A stretch of 64,000 bases of DNA from Alphaproteobacteria bacterium (GCA_964291215.2 OZ219791.1:2720001-2784000), one strand, 5' to 3'. Shown: positions 39,643 to 51,347, numbered from the stretch's first letter. Translations and numbers: made by a program. Notes: a model not told the origin generated them from the sequence alone.

Positions 39643-41213
39643 GGCGAACCTGCAGATGGGCGCCAACCTCCGGAAGAGCGTTGTCGAGGAGACGGTCACT
39701 GTCGAGGCCTGTGAGGCCTGCGGCGCCGACCTCTCCGAGGCCGCCTGTGTCTCGGCGTCTCGGCTACGTCAGGCGCCTCCATGACGTGCTGCTCTCATGG
39801 GAGCGGGCAGGCATCGCCCATCTGCTGGAACGCCCGGCGCTGCATGTCGACGAAACCGGCTTCCGGGTCGACGGCAGGACCCGATCGCTCCATGTCGTCA
39901 CCGACGGGACGTGCAAGTTCCTGCATCGCAAGCGCGGCAGGCAGGCGATCGAGGAGATCGGCATCATCCCGCGCTACACCGGCACGCTGGTCCACGACTG
40001 CTGGGCCGCATGCCTGGCCTACGATCAATGCACCCCCCCCCCCCCCCAGCTGTGCGGGTCCCACCTGCTCAGGGAACTGACCTTCATCGTCGACTCCAAC
40101 GGCTACCGCTGGGCACGCCTGATGAAGAAACTGCTGCGCGAGATTTGCCACAGGGTTAACCAGAGTACGACCAGGACGCTGACCGAGGCCGAACGCCGCA
40201 GCGTCATCAAGCGATACCGGACCATCCTGACCCGGGGGGCGAAGGAACTGCCTGAAATCCCGCCCCGACAGAAAGGGAAACGCGGACGGATTGCGAACGC
40301 GTACAACCTCCAGGAGCGTCTCGCAAGGCACGAAGAGTCCGTCCTGCACTTCATGAGCGACCTGGACGTCAGCCTCACTAACGACATCGGGAGCAGAAAA
40401 TTCCGATGGCAAAAGTCAGGATCAAGGTCTCCGGATGCTTCCGAACCCTGCTCCACGCCGAGGCCTGGTGCCGAAGCTCAAGCTATCTTACCTCCATGGC
40501 CGCACTCGGCCACAACCCACTCGTCGCCATCCATATCGCACTCGCCGCCGACATGATCAAGATGCACAACGCCAAACCCGCCTCTGCGGAGGGGTGAGCA
40601 GATACGTGGATCGAAGGGATCGACGTATGTCGTGCCGAACGCCGTCGACCCATGCTGCATCGGACAGAATCGACAATCATGGCAGATTCCGGAGACAGGA
40701 AGGCGCTGAGCACATCTCTCCGCGTGCCCCGGAACCGTGGGAACGTATCAAAACGGCCGGCACGGAGAAGCGCCCCGACCGGTGCACGGCTCCTCGTTGC
40801 AGTTCGGCATCGAAGCCCCTGATCGAGGGAAATGGCTGTAGCGGACACCAGGATCGAGGTCGCAAGCATCTCGTCTTTGGCCGCTCGGAACACGATCGCA
40901 GCGGGACGAGAGGGCGAAGGATTGGCACGGGACGCGGTGACGATGCTCCGCCCGGCCAGCCGTGATGAGCCCATGCACCGCAACGCCGCCCGGCGTGTTC
41001 GCCATGATGTCCCCCGGACGGGGTCGACCGAAGTCCTGAAAGGGCTTCGGGTTGCAGGCACTCCCTGTCGCGGCCCTGCCCTTCGCCCCTTGCTCATGGA
41101 CAGGCAGGCGGATAGCGTGGCCGTGCGTTCGATGCGGCTGTTCCGGGACGGCCTCGGCAAGGAAGGTTCCGCGCGCCCCGCCGCAGGTGCCGGCGCCGCG
41201 AAAGGAGAGACCG

Positions 41214-42754
41214 ATGACCCGCCGCCGTCTTCCGATCGGGATCCAGGACTTTCCGACGATCCGGAGCGAGGACTTCTACTATGTCGACAAGACATCGCTC
41301 GTCCGCAAGCTGGTGGACGAGGGGCGCCACTATTTCCTGTCCCGTCCGCGCCGCTTCGGCAAGAGCCTGCTGCTCGACACGCTGGGATCGCTGTTTGCCT
41401 GTCACGAACCGCTGTTCCGGGGACTGGACATCCACCCCCACTGGGACTGGTCGGCGCCGCGGTGCGGCTGAGCTTCGACGGGAAGTACAACGAACCGGGC
41501 GAAATCGAAGGAGACATCATCGAGCAACTTGAAAGCGTGGAGCGCGGGTACGATCTCCCGCCAGCCCGGGCCTCCGATACCGGTCCGAGGCGCCTGCGGA
41601 ACCTCCTCGACCGCCTTCACGGCGCCACCGGGCGGCAGGTGGTGGTGCTGGTGGACGAGTACGACAAGCCGATCCTCGACATGCTCCACGATCCCGGGCT
41701 CGCGACGGCCAACCGGGACTACCTGCGCGGCTTCTACGGCATCGTCAAGGGCAGCGCCAGGCATGTCCGTTTCGTCTTCGTCACCGGCGTCAGCATGTTC
41801 TCCAAGGTCAGCCTGTTCTCGGGTCTCAACAATCTGAAGGACATCAGCCTCGATCCGCGCTTCGCCACGATCTGCGGCTACCGCGAGGAGGATCTGGACC
41901 GGGTGTTTGGCCCTGAACTGGCAGGACTGGACCGCGAGAAGGTCCGCACCTGGTACAACGGCTACCACTGGCGGGGCGGGGAACGGGTCTACAATCCCTA
42001 CGATGTGCTCCTGCTGCTCGACAGCCGCGAGTTCCGCCCCTACTGGTTCGGGACCGGATCGCCGGACTTCCTGTTCCGGACGCTGATGGAGAAGTCGGTG
42101 AGCCCGATGGAACTGGAGGGGCGGCTGGCGGACATGTCCATGGTCTCGAAGTTCGATGTCGGCGACATCGAGGCGCTGCTCTTCCAGACCGGCTACCTGA
42201 CCATCGCCGGGGAGGAGCAGGATGACTTCGACGCCCTCTACCGGCTGGACTATCCCAACCTCGAGGTCCGGATCAGCCTGAACCGCGGACTGCTCGCCTG
42301 GCTGGGCAAGAAGGGGCCGCTGGAGAGGGGGCGGGAGCTCTGCGCGCTGCTGGAGGCGAACGACTTCGCGGGCTTCGGCGAGAGGCTCCGCGCCTGGCTC
42401 GCGGGCATTCCCTACCAGTGGCATGCCAGGGGCGACCTGGCGCGCTACGAGGCCTGGTATGCGAGCCTTCTCTACATGTGCCTGCGCTCTGTCGGGGTGG
42501 ACCTCGGCGTGGAGGAGGCCTCGCATCGCGGCCGTGCGGACATGGTGGTGCGTCTCGGCGGGCAGGTCTTCGTGCTGGAGTTCAAGATGGCCGACGGCGA
42601 GGAGGACGGCGCCGCCGCGCTGGATGCGGCGATGGCGCAGATGCGCGAGCGGGGCTATGCGGAGACTTGGCGCGACCACGACAGACCGGTCCACCTGATC
42701 GCCGTGGCCTGCGAGGCGCGCAACCTTCTCGATATCCGCGCCGAGGCCGCGTGA
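41214..42754 (+). pseudogene. AAA-ATPase-like plus C-terminal PD-(D/E)XK nuclease, frameshifted near 41460
   Basis: AAAGGAG RBS. LPIGIQDF..YYVDKT..FLSRPRRFGKSL in one frame; LVDEYDKP, FSGLNN, WYNGY, YNP and GRADM..FVLEFK in the other. Confidence 0.85.
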
Positions 42755-43198
42755 GCGGCGCCCGCGAACGCCTGCCCGACACCACGAAACGCCCCCCATC
42801 CCGGATCCCTGCACCGAACCGCTCCCGGTCGGTGCGGCCGTCCCGTGCGTCACGGTTTCACCACGCCGCTCGAGGCCTTTCAACCGGACACCGTAAACCC
42901 GTGCCCGCGCGGGAATGATCGTCCTGACCGACCCTCCGGCGGAACTTCGGTTTCAATCGGCCCTCGGTTTCCGGCAGAAGTCCTGCTCATTCGCGGCGCT
43001 ATCGGGGCTCCTCCAGCCGGGAATCCGCAAACGTGTTCCCGCTCCCGGGCGGGCTTCGCGGCTGAGGTCGATGGGAGCCGCCGCGGTGCGTCATCGTTGG
43101 GCCCGAACCTGCCCGTGCAGCAGCAGGCCGACGCGGTGGACATTGAAGGCCACCATCCGGCCGTCCGCCCCACAAGACGAGCACCCGGTCCATTCCGC

Positions 43199-43245
43199 GT
43201 TGCTCTACCCCGACATCAAGCCGGAACCAGGGGGTGAGCAGTTAA
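43199..43245 (-). repeat. Isolated copy of the IS66-type terminal sequence found at 14333, 37167 and 51348
   Basis: TGCTCTACCCCGACATCAAGCCGGAACCAGGGGGTGAGCAGTTA is the reverse complement of the 14333 end. Confidence 0.8.
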
Positions 43246-43597
43246 AACTCGCTAACATTCCCCCGGACCAGTTGACGGGGGCAGGTCAGTGAGCGGTGCC
43301 GCCAGTCATAGACCAGCTTGGCGATCCGGGTCCGAATCTTCATGTCAATCGTACGCAGAATTGCAGCGGCCATATTCATAGTTCGACTACCCGATCGCTG
43401 CCAGCTCGGCGACATTGCCCCACTTACGCCAGCGCCCGTCGGCACACAGGAACCGGGGCTCGATGTTCGGGCGGCCAAACTTCTTCAAGTGCCGCCGGGT
43501 GCCATACGCCCGGGTCTCGATGCCGTCGCCCGCCTTCGACGAGCGTGCAGCCTTCATGGCCTCATCGGAGCTGTAGTAAATCAATCCGTAGCAGCAG

Positions 43598-44557
43598 TCA
43601 GTCCCAGATTTCTTCCCAGGTGCCCTGCGTTGCGGCCTTCGAATATTCCGTTGCGCGGTTTTCGAAGAAGTTGGTGTGCTCCATGCCGTTGATCATTTCG
43701 TCCATCCACGGCAGCGGGTTCTTTTCGATGCGGTATATCGGCTGGAGTCCGAGTTGGGAAAGGCGACGGTCGGCGATGTAGCGAATATACTGCTTGACCT
43801 CTTTCCCTTCGAGGCCTTCAACCCCTCCCATCTCGAAAGCGAGATCGATAAATGCATCCTCGTGCTCGACCATTTCGGAGCAGATGACGTAAAGCGAACG
43901 CTGCAGATCTTCGGTCCAGATCTCGCGATTTTCCGAGACTAAGGTATGGAACAGCTTGATGATCGATTCGGTATGCAGGGACTCGTCGCGCACCGACCAG
44001 GAAACGATCTGGCCCATGCCTTTCATCTTGTTGAAGCGGGGGAAGTTCATCAGGATGGCGAAGCTCGCGAAGAGTTGAAGGCCCTCCGTGAAGCCGCCGA
44101 ACACGGCCAGGGTACGGGCGATATTTTCGTCGGTGTCGACATCGAACTTCTGCATGTAGTCAAACTTGTCCTTCATCTCCTTGTAGTGAAGGAAAGCTTG
44201 GTATTCGGTCTCCGGCATGCCGATAGTGTCGAGCAGATGGGAATAGGCAGCGATGTGGATCGTCTCCATGTTCGAGAACGCCGACAGCATCATCTGCACT
44301 TCTGTGGGCTGGAAGACGCGCGAATAGCGCCTCATGTAGCAGTTGTTCACCTCGATGTCGGACTGCGTGAAGAACCGGAATATCTGCGTGAGAAGATTGC
44401 GTTCCGCGTCCGAGAGCTTGTTGTGCCAGTCCTTTACGTCGTCGGCGAGCGGAACTTCTTCGGGAAGCCAGTGGACACGCTGCTGGGTCAGCCAGGCATC
44501 GTAGGCCCAAGGATAGCGGAACGGCTTGTATACCGGGTTGGACTCCAATAGCGACAT
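43598..44557 (-). CDS. nrdB: Class I ribonucleotide reductase beta subunit
   Basis: HWLPEEV, FFTQSD, ETIHIAAY (metal ligands plus radical Tyr), EGLQLFASF and RDESLH. Start set at MSLL. Confidence 0.95.
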   Translation of the reverse strand: MSLLESNPVYKPFRYPWAYDAWLTQQRVHWLPEEVPLADDVKDWHNKLSDAERNLLTQIFRFFTQSDIEVNNCYMRRYSRVFQPTEVQMMLSAFSNMETIHIAAYSHLLDTIGMPETEYQAFLHYKEMKDKFDYMQKFDVDTDENIARTLAVFGGFTEGLQLFASFAILMNFPRFNKMKGMGQIVSWSVRDESLHTESIIKLFHTLVSENREIWTEDLQRSLYVICSEMVEHEDAFIDLAFEMGGVEGLEGKEVKQYIRYIADRRLSQLGLQPIYRIEKNPLPWMDEMINGMEHTNFFENRATEYSKAATQGTWEEIWD

Positions 44558-44622
44558 GACGGCAGACAGCTCCTTGTCCTGAGGGAAACCCTGTTTCTGA
44601 GAATATTCGGGTGGTCGCCGGA

Positions 44623-46527
44623 TCACTGGCAGCTAAGACATTCCTCGTAGGTGTTGTCGTTCTGACCTTGCGCCGTGAGCGGCAGCGGCTCTTCGTACCC
44701 GTTAGTCGGGGCGACGTCACCATTAACCCCGTTTCCGTTCACGGGAACGGCGACGCTGGTAACGGACTCCGAAGCGTGGCTCTCGGCGCGGGCGACCGAC
44801 CGCGAGCGACAGTAGTAAAGCGACTTGACGCCCTTCTCCCAGGCCCGCCAATGCACCTCGTGAAGCGTCTTCTTGTGCACGTCGGCGGGTAGGAAGATGT
44901 TGAGCGACTGCGACTGGCAGATGAATGCCGCGCGATCTCCCGCATGGTCGATCAACCACCGCTGATCGATTTCAAAGGCGGTCTTGAACACATCCTTCTC
45001 ATCGTCAGTCAGAAAATCGAGATGCTGGACCGATCCCTCCCTGACCGTGATCGACGACCATGTGTCGTCATCGTCGTGACCCTTTTCGGCGAGCAGTCGC
45101 TTGAGGAACTTGTTACGTACCTGGAACGATCCGGAGAGGGTCTTGTGGGTATAGGCGTTGGCGGCGTTGGGTTCGATTCCGGGAGACGAGCCGCCGCAGA
45201 TGATCGAGATCGACGCGGTGGGCGCGATCGCGAGCTTGTTGGAGAACCGGTCCTTCATGCCGTAATCGAGAGCATCGGGACATGGTCCGCGCTCTTCGCC
45301 GAGCAGCAGGGACGCGGTGTCGGCCTGTTCTCTGATGTGCCTGAACATCCGCTTGTTCCAGACCTTCGCCATTACCGATTCGATGGGGACGGACTCGCTC
45401 TGCAGGAAGGAATGAAAGCCCATGACGCCGAGGCCGACGGAACGCTCGCGCATGGCGGCGTAGCTTGCCCGGTCCATGCTCGCGGGCGCCCGCTTGATGA
45501 AATCGCTGAGGACATTGTCGAGAAACCGCATCACGTCCTCGATGAACGTCGGGTGGTCATGCCACTCGAGAAAGCGCTCAAGGTTGAGGGACGACAGGCA
45601 GCAGACGGCGGTGCGTTCGTGGCCGTCCTTGTCGGTTCCGGTCGGAAGCGTGATCTCGCTGCACAGGTTCGACATCTTGACGTCGAGGCCGGCGAGCTTG
45701 TGGTGTTCGGGAACCGCCCGGTTCACGTGATCGATGAAGATGAAATAGGGCTCGCCAGTCTCGATCCGCGTCGACAGCAGCCGGATCCAGAGCGAACGTG
45801 CCGGCATCTTGCGAATGATCGCGTTGTCCTTCGGGCTCTTCAGCGCCCATTCCTCGTCGTTCTCGACCGCGCGCATGAATTCGTCGGTGAGGATGATGCC
45901 GTGGTGCAGGTTGAGCGCCTTGCGGTTCGGATCGCCGCCGGTCGGGCGGCGGATTTCTATGAACTCCTCGATCTCGGGATGGTCGATCCGGATATAGATT
46001 GCCGCCGAGCCACGCCGGAGCGAGCCCTGGGAAATCGCCAGGGTCAGGGAATCCATGACCCGGATGAACGGGATGATTCCGGATGTCTTTCCGTTGGAGC
46101 CGACGCGCTCGCCGATCGAACGCAGGTTGCCCCAATACGACCCTATGCCGCCGCCGAGCGCAGCGAGCCAGACGTTTTCGTTCCAGAGGTCGACGATTCC
46201 ATTGAGGCTGTCCGACGCCTCGTTGAGAAAACACGAGATCGGGAGGCCGCGTTCGGTACCGCCGTTGGACAGCACCGGCGTCGACGGCATGAACCAGAGA
46301 TTGGAGATGTAGTCGTACAGGCGCTGGGCGTGTGGCGAGTCGTCGGCGAAATGGCATGCCACGCGTGCAAACAGATCTTGGCATTCCTCGCCCGGCAGAA
46401 GGTAGCGATCAGCCAGTACGGCCTTTCCGAAATCGGTCAGATTGGCATCGCGGTTGCGGTCGATGTGTACGGTGATGCCTCTTTTCGACTGAAAGATGTC
46501 ATGTGTCTTGTGAACGAGATCCAGCAC
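44623..46527 (-). CDS. nrdA: Class I ribonucleotide reductase alpha subunit (no ATP cone visible)
   Basis: PISCFL, QGSLRRG, SNLCSEI, VCCLSS, APTAS, KSLYY and C-terminal CLSCQ. Confidence 0.95.
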   Translation of the reverse strand: MLDLVHKTHDIFQSKRGITVHIDRNRDANLTDFGKAVLADRYLLPGEECQDLFARVACHFADDSPHAQRLYDYISNLWFMPSTPVLSNGGTERGLPISCFLNEASDSLNGIVDLWNENVWLAALGGGIGSYWGNLRSIGERVGSNGKTSGIIPFIRVMDSLTLAISQGSLRRGSAAIYIRIDHPEIEEFIEIRRPTGGDPNRKALNLHHGIILTDEFMRAVENDEEWALKSPKDNAIIRKMPARSLWIRLLSTRIETGEPYFIFIDHVNRAVPEHHKLAGLDVKMSNLCSEITLPTGTDKDGHERTAVCCLSSLNLERFLEWHDHPTFIEDVMRFLDNVLSDFIKRAPASMDRASYAAMRERSVGLGVMGFHSFLQSESVPIESVMAKVWNKRMFRHIREQADTASLLLGEERGPCPDALDYGMKDRFSNKLAIAPTASISIICGGSSPGIEPNAANAYTHKTLSGSFQVRNKFLKRLLAEKGHDDDDTWSSITVREGSVQHLDFLTDDEKDVFKTAFEIDQRWLIDHAGDRAAFICQSQSLNIFLPADVHKKTLHEVHWRAWEKGVKSLYYCRSRSVARAESHASESVTSVAVPVNGNGVNGDVAPTNGYEEPLPLTAQGQNDNTYEECLSCQ

Positions 46528-46754
46528 GCCTCTTCCTCCTGTCGGGTGACCGATGCGGTCAATACCTCCTACCGTGTCCAGCCACTATTGCCCGCACCCG
46601 TCGGTGGGCCCTGACTGCCGGGAAGCGGTTGCGCTTTCGCCGAAGGCATCCCGGTCCCCTTCGGCGGTTGAGCCCGTCCCGAAAACGTTCCACCTGTGAG
46701 CGTCGGCAGACCGCTTTTCGAACACGAAACACCACACCGAATACGCTGATCGTA

Positions 46755-46770
46755 ACTCAATATCTAGGGG
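46755..46770. promoter_or_regulatory. NrdR box within a sigma70-like nrdA promoter
   Basis: ACTCAATATCTAGGGG fits the acaCwAtATaTwG consensus. It lies between minus-strand TTGACA (46773-46778) and TACGAT. Confidence 0.65.
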
Positions 46771-46940
46771 GCTGTCAACAAAAAAATACCACATAACGGA
46801 GTTCTTTCAATTTGGTGCAGTCTTGATCCACAGGCCGCCCGAAAGCCTTGACGGATAACGCCGAAACCGTTTCTCCGCCGTCCTGTGGACAGTGTGGATA
46901 TCCCGATGCCGGCGGCTGGTCGGCGAGTGATTCGCATATC

Positions 46941-47426
46941 TTATCCGGCGAACTCCTGCCCCGTGGTAACGAATCGCTCGAAAGCAGTGAGCGTCTCCTC
47001 CGATACGTGATGCTCGATGCCTTCGGCGTCAGCGCGCGCCGTCTCTTCGCTCACGCCGAGCGCCGCAAGGAACTCGACGACCAGCTGGTGTCGTCGCCGG
47101 GAGGCCTCGGCGATGCGCCGTCCTTCGTCGGTTAGGAAGATCGCGCGGTAGGGTTCGGTCTCGATCCATCCCGCTTCCCGGAGACGACCGACCATGCGCG
47201 CCACCGTGGGGCTGGTGACGCCGAGGCGTCGGGCGATGTCGACGGACCTGGCTTCGCCCGTGGCATCGATCAGGTCGGCAATGAGCTCGACATAGTCCTC
47301 CATCACCTCGGTCTGGCGCGCGGCCCGGACCTGGCGATGATGATCGGCCTGGTCGTCGGGCTCCGGAAGGACCGGCGCCACGGGCGGGCGTATGTCGGTG
47401 GTGTCTATCTTGAGCTTTCCAGGCAT
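46941..47426 (-). CDS. mntR: Manganese-binding DtxR-family regulator
   Basis: [38 protein letters not shown] and [10 protein letters not shown]. Confidence 0.88.
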   Translation of the reverse strand: MPGKLKIDTTDIRPPVAPVLPEPDDQADHHRQVRAARQTEVMEDYVELIADLIDATGEARSVDIARRLGVTSPTVARMVGRLREAGWIETEPYRAIFLTDEGRRIAEASRRRHQLVVEFLAALGVSEETARADAEGIEHHVSEETLTAFERFVTTGQEFAG

Positions 47427-47662
47427 CCGGTCGCCATGATTTCCAACGGCATTTCCCCGGCCGTCGCCCTGCGGACCCGCATCGCCCGCACCGCAATCCC
47501 GGATGGAACACGCCAGTGCTCCTGCGTCCGTTATCCTACCACAGTTTTCCCGGCCTGCAGCATTCGCGCTTCCTTTTCGTCTGAACCATGGCCGTCCCAT
47601 CGCCATGCATAAACAGCGGTGATCTGGTGTATCATGGGGGAGCCGTTCATGGGGAGGGATAC

Positions 47663-48160
47663 ATGTTGCTCGAAGGATCCTGTCACTGTGGCGCCGTAAA
47701 ATTCACGGTCCAATCCGATACTCCGTATCCGTACAACCGTTGCTACTGCAGCATCTGCCGCAAGACCGCCGGAGGCGGCGGCTATGTGATCAACATCATG
47801 GGCAATGCGGATACACTGAAGGTCGACGGACGGGAGAACATCTCCATCTATCGTTCGGCCAGCAACGACCGTGGCGCTTATGACGAGGACGGGCTCAGCG
47901 GCGCGCATCGCCACTTTTGCTCGAAATGCGGTTCCGCGCTGTGGATCTACGGCCAAGCCTATCCCGATTGGATCTATCCGTTTGCCTCGGCAATCGATAC
48001 GCCGCTTCCGCAACCGCCCGAGAACACCCATCTTATGCTTGCCCACAAGGCGTCATGGGTTGATCTGCAACGCGGCGAACGAGACGCCGTGTTCGAGCAG
48101 TACCCGGATACCTGGATTGCCGACTGGCATCGCAGCCGGAACCTCTTCGGACGGTCCTGA
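47663..48160 (+). CDS. GFA/Mss4-like zinc-binding protein
   Basis: [16 protein letters not shown] and [17 protein letters not shown]. Confidence 0.9.
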   Translation: MLLEGSCHCGAVKFTVQSDTPYPYNRCYCSICRKTAGGGGYVINIMGNADTLKVDGRENISIYRSASNDRGAYDEDGLSGAHRHFCSKCGSALWIYGQAYPDWIYPFASAIDTPLPQPPENTHLMLAHKASWVDLQRGERDAVFEQYPDTWIADWHRSRNLFGRS

Positions 48161-48189
48161 AGCGGCCGGCTGACGCCGCTTGCCAGAAC

Positions 48190-49116
48190 ATGGCTGGGCG
48201 CGCAACGAGCGCGGTCGCGGGCGACCAGTCCCCCGGGTCGGACGCCAATCTTGCCGGAAAAAAGCTCTTCTGCTTCGGGCTCGGCTACAGCGCGATGGCG
48301 CTTGGCCGCCGCTTGGACGCCTCGTCCTGGCAGGTCGGCGGCACCTGTCGCAGTGGCGCCAGGCGCAGGGCTCTTGAGGTGCTGGGCCTTGATGCCGCGG
48401 TTTTCGACGGAGCCGCTCCGATGGTTCCACCGCAGGCGCTGACCGGGGCGACCCATGTGCTGGTTTCCGTGCCGCCGGATGCCACCGGCGACCCGGTGCT
48501 GAGATGGCACGCGGACACCCTTGCCGACACCGATGGGCTCCGGTGGGTCGGATACCTGTCTACCACTGGCGTCTATGGCGATTACGACGGTGGCTGGGTC
48601 GACGAGGAATCGGAACTCCGTGCGACCAGCGATCGGGGCCGGCGTCGGATCGCTGCCGAACGTGCCTGGCTGGAGTGGGGGCGGGCGCACGGCGTTGCAG
48701 TGCATGTGTTCCGGTTGGCGGGCATTTACGGCCCGGGACGATCGGCGATAGATCAGGTCCGGCGGGGAACCGCGCGCCGGATCGTGAAGGCCGGACACCT
48801 TTTCTCGCGGATCCATGTGGAGGATATCGCGACGGTTCTTGAGGCTTCTATCGCCTTGCCCGACGGCGGCGCCGTCTACAACGTCTGCGATGACGAGCCT
48901 GCGGCGTCGGCCGATGTGGTCGCCTATGCCTGCATGCTGCTCGGCGTGGAGTGCCCGGTGGGGGTCCCGTGTGCCGAAGCGGAACTGTCACCGATGGCAA
49001 AGAGTTTCTGGGCCGACAACCGGCGGGTCCGCAATGACCGCATCAAGGCGGAATTGGGCGCAACGCTCGCGTTTCCGGACTACCGCAGCGGACTTCGCGC
49101 CATTGCCGGGCTCTGA
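48190..49116 (+). CDS. Atypical SDR / NAD-dependent epimerase-like protein
   Basis: FGLGYS, YLSTTGVYGD, RLAGIYGPGR, FSRIHVED and YNVCDDEP. Confidence 0.88.
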   Translation: MAGRATSAVAGDQSPGSDANLAGKKLFCFGLGYSAMALGRRLDASSWQVGGTCRSGARRRALEVLGLDAAVFDGAAPMVPPQALTGATHVLVSVPPDATGDPVLRWHADTLADTDGLRWVGYLSTTGVYGDYDGGWVDEESELRATSDRGRRRIAAERAWLEWGRAHGVAVHVFRLAGIYGPGRSAIDQVRRGTARRIVKAGHLFSRIHVEDIATVLEASIALPDGGAVYNVCDDEPAASADVVAYACMLLGVECPVGVPCAEAELSPMAKSFWADNRRVRNDRIKAELGATLAFPDYRSGLRAIAGL

Positions 49117-49179
49117 GTTCGCTGCCGGACGGCGACCAGCTCTCCGCAGCAGGCATCGTTCCCCGGGATCCGTTCCGGG

Positions 49180-49950
49180 TTATTTTTCGACCTTGAGGGC
49201 GAGATCGTCGACCACCAGTTCGAGCCGGGTGAGATCCTGATCCCGCGATAGCCGGTGGTCGCCATCCTTGATCAGGAGCATCTGCACGTCATCTGAAAGC
49301 AGCTGTTCGGCGATTCTCGCTGAAGTCATCCACGGCACGGCTACATCCTTCATGCCGTGGATCAGCGTCACGGGACAGTGAATTGGGATCCGGCGCCGCA
49401 GCAGCAGGCGGTTCCGGCCGTCTTCTATCAGTACCTTGGTTACCGGCCGCGACTCGCCGCCCTCGTCGGGAAGCCTGCAGTATCCGAGACGGTCGAGTTC
49501 TTCGCGCTCCAGCGCGCCGAGGCGATTCCATATCAGGTCCTCGGTGAAATCCGGTGCGGCCGCGACCCCGGCGAGAGCGGCGACGCGTTCCGGCCGGGCG
49601 AGCGCCGCCAACAGCATGATCCAGCCGCCCATCGACGAGCCGACCAGGATCTGGGGGCCCTCTGTGCATGCGTCCAGCACCGCAAGCGTGTCTTCGGTCC
49701 ACAGGCCGATGGTGACGTCGGAGAACTCGCCCGACGACTCGCCGGTTCCCTGGTAGTCGAAACGCACGAATGAGCGGCCGGCTTGCCGACAATGCTGTTC
49801 GAGGCAGGTCGCCTTGGCGCCGAGCATGTCCGACATGTAGCCGCAGAGAAAGACGACTCCGGGTGTGCTGCCGTCGAGTTTCCTGTAGGCGAGTTCCCGG
49901 CCGCCTGGGCGCGGCAGCTTCCGTGGCGGATCTTTCAGCGTCGTTTCCAT
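49180..49950 (-). CDS. Alpha/beta hydrolase
   Basis: RFDYQGTGES, nucleophile GSSMGG, HGMKD and DGDHRLS. Confidence 0.9.
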   Translation of the reverse strand: METTLKDPPRKLPRPGGRELAYRKLDGSTPGVVFLCGYMSDMLGAKATCLEQHCRQAGRSFVRFDYQGTGESSGEFSDVTIGLWTEDTLAVLDACTEGPQILVGSSMGGWIMLLAALARPERVAALAGVAAAPDFTEDLIWNRLGALEREELDRLGYCRLPDEGGESRPVTKVLIEDGRNRLLLRRRIPIHCPVTLIHGMKDVAVPWMTSARIAEQLLSDDVQMLLIKDGDHRLSRDQDLTRLELVVDDLALKVEK

Positions 49951-50128
49951 GATTCTTCCACCGGTCCCTGCGGTTGCGTGCGCGCAGGCCGAATATATCC
50001 GCCGCTCACGTGAAACGGGAGTGGGGGCATGTGCGGTGTCGATACTCGAACCCCGGGGCCGCGAATCAGGAGGTGCCTGGACCGGCCCGCGGCCTGTATT
50101 TCTGCGCGAGCAACAGCGCCAGTTCACC

Positions 50129-51318
50129 TAGTAGTCTGGCATTATTGGATTGAGTGATATAGTGACTTCAGTTTCGTCCGGGCATCCTTCGTCGTGAAAC
50201 GCCAGTCGACAGTGACATCGGCCGCATTGCGGCGCTCGACCCACGCCGCCGTCTCCCGCAGCATGGTGTCGCGGTCGGGAATGCGTCGCCGAAGGCATTG
50301 CCGCGACAGCGCACCGATCTCGGCCATGTTGAGCCAGCTTCCGTGCTTGGGCGTGTAGCGAAACTCGAACCGCTTTCGCACCCGCCTCCTCGGGCTCGAA
50401 GGCTTCATACAGTGACTGTGCGTGTTCAGATTGTCCAGCACGATCTTCCTGTCGGGGAAATGGTCGTCGGCAAGCTCCCGGATGAAGTGTGCCCAGTCCC
50501 GCGGCGGTCGGTGACTTTCACCGTGCGCCAGTTCTCGTTGGGCGCAAAGGCCATGAAAAGGTTGGCCGTGCCGTTGCGCTCATATTCATAGTCAACCACC
50601 TCCGGCTGACCGGGGGGTTTCCTTCGTCTGCTGCCGGCTGGTCTCAGCACCTCGTCCCTGGCAAAGTCCCGCTGACAAATGTCAAGCATGTCCGCCGCCA
50701 CGAACTGTGCGCTCCGGTGCGGTGGAATGCAGCACCAGTACTGCTTCAGCCACGGCTTGATCTCTTTTTTTAGCGTCTTCCTGACCGTCTCTTCCGAAAT
50801 GCGCTCGACGATCTCCACCAGACGGCCGGCGAGCAGCTTCAGCGTCCACAGCCCTCGGGCGGGGACGAGACCAGCTTCGCCTCCATCGCCCCCGTTTTGG
50901 CCGGCGGTTCACCTGCTCCTTGCGGCTGAGGGCGGCGTCCCTCCAGGACGCAGCGCTTGCGCAAGCGCTCGAACGTCGCCGTGCCGATGCCCAGCGCAAT
51001 GTCGGCATCGACAAGCGCCCCCTCAGCATCAGGATTTGTGCCCGGCGCCAGGCAGCCCCGGTGCCCGATCGCCTTCAGATCCCGGCGCTCCTGCGCCGAA
51101 AGGGTCACGCGGTAGAGCTTCCTGCCCCGAGAGTTGGCCATATACGCTGCTCCTGTCATTGCGCCGCTCCCGTTGTCCGGACCTGCACATGGGGCTGCGG
51201 CTGCCTGCCTGTTCGGCATCTTGCCCGTGTGGATATCGACACTGTCCGGATTCCAACGGATGCCGACACAGGAATACAACCCACCAAAAACCATTAATAC
51301 AATGCCGGTGGACTACTA
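50129..51318 (-). mobile_element. IS630-family element, degraded (copy 2)
   Basis: Inverted close homologue of 38244-39440 with the same ends, inserted at CTAG with a TA duplication. Confidence 0.9.
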
Positions 51319-51347
51319 GTCATCTGGAACTGAAGTAAGTATGATTG

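Larger units (their letters stand above)
37167..40605 (+). mobile_element. IS66-ended element with decayed tnpC and nested IS3 and IS630 insertions
   Basis: Ends GTAACTGCTCACCCC and GGGGTGAGCAGATAC. tnpC motifs NSGLPPSQ, LHVDETG, LVHD, QLCGSHLLREL and KVSGCFRT. TSD is imperfect. Confidence 0.8.

Noticed and set aside
40033-40047. C15 homopolymer
   Set aside because: It lies in an already dead tnpC, so it is most likely slippage or a sequencing artefact with no functional consequence.
40832-41213. Long N-terminal extension of ORF 40832-42754
   Set aside because: The true start is ATG 41214 in another frame. The extension is open-frame run-through upstream of the frameshift.
43387-43584. 65-aa ORF just downstream of nrdB
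   Set aside because: It has no clear RBS or family motif and is not a glutaredoxin or NrdI. It cannot be supported.
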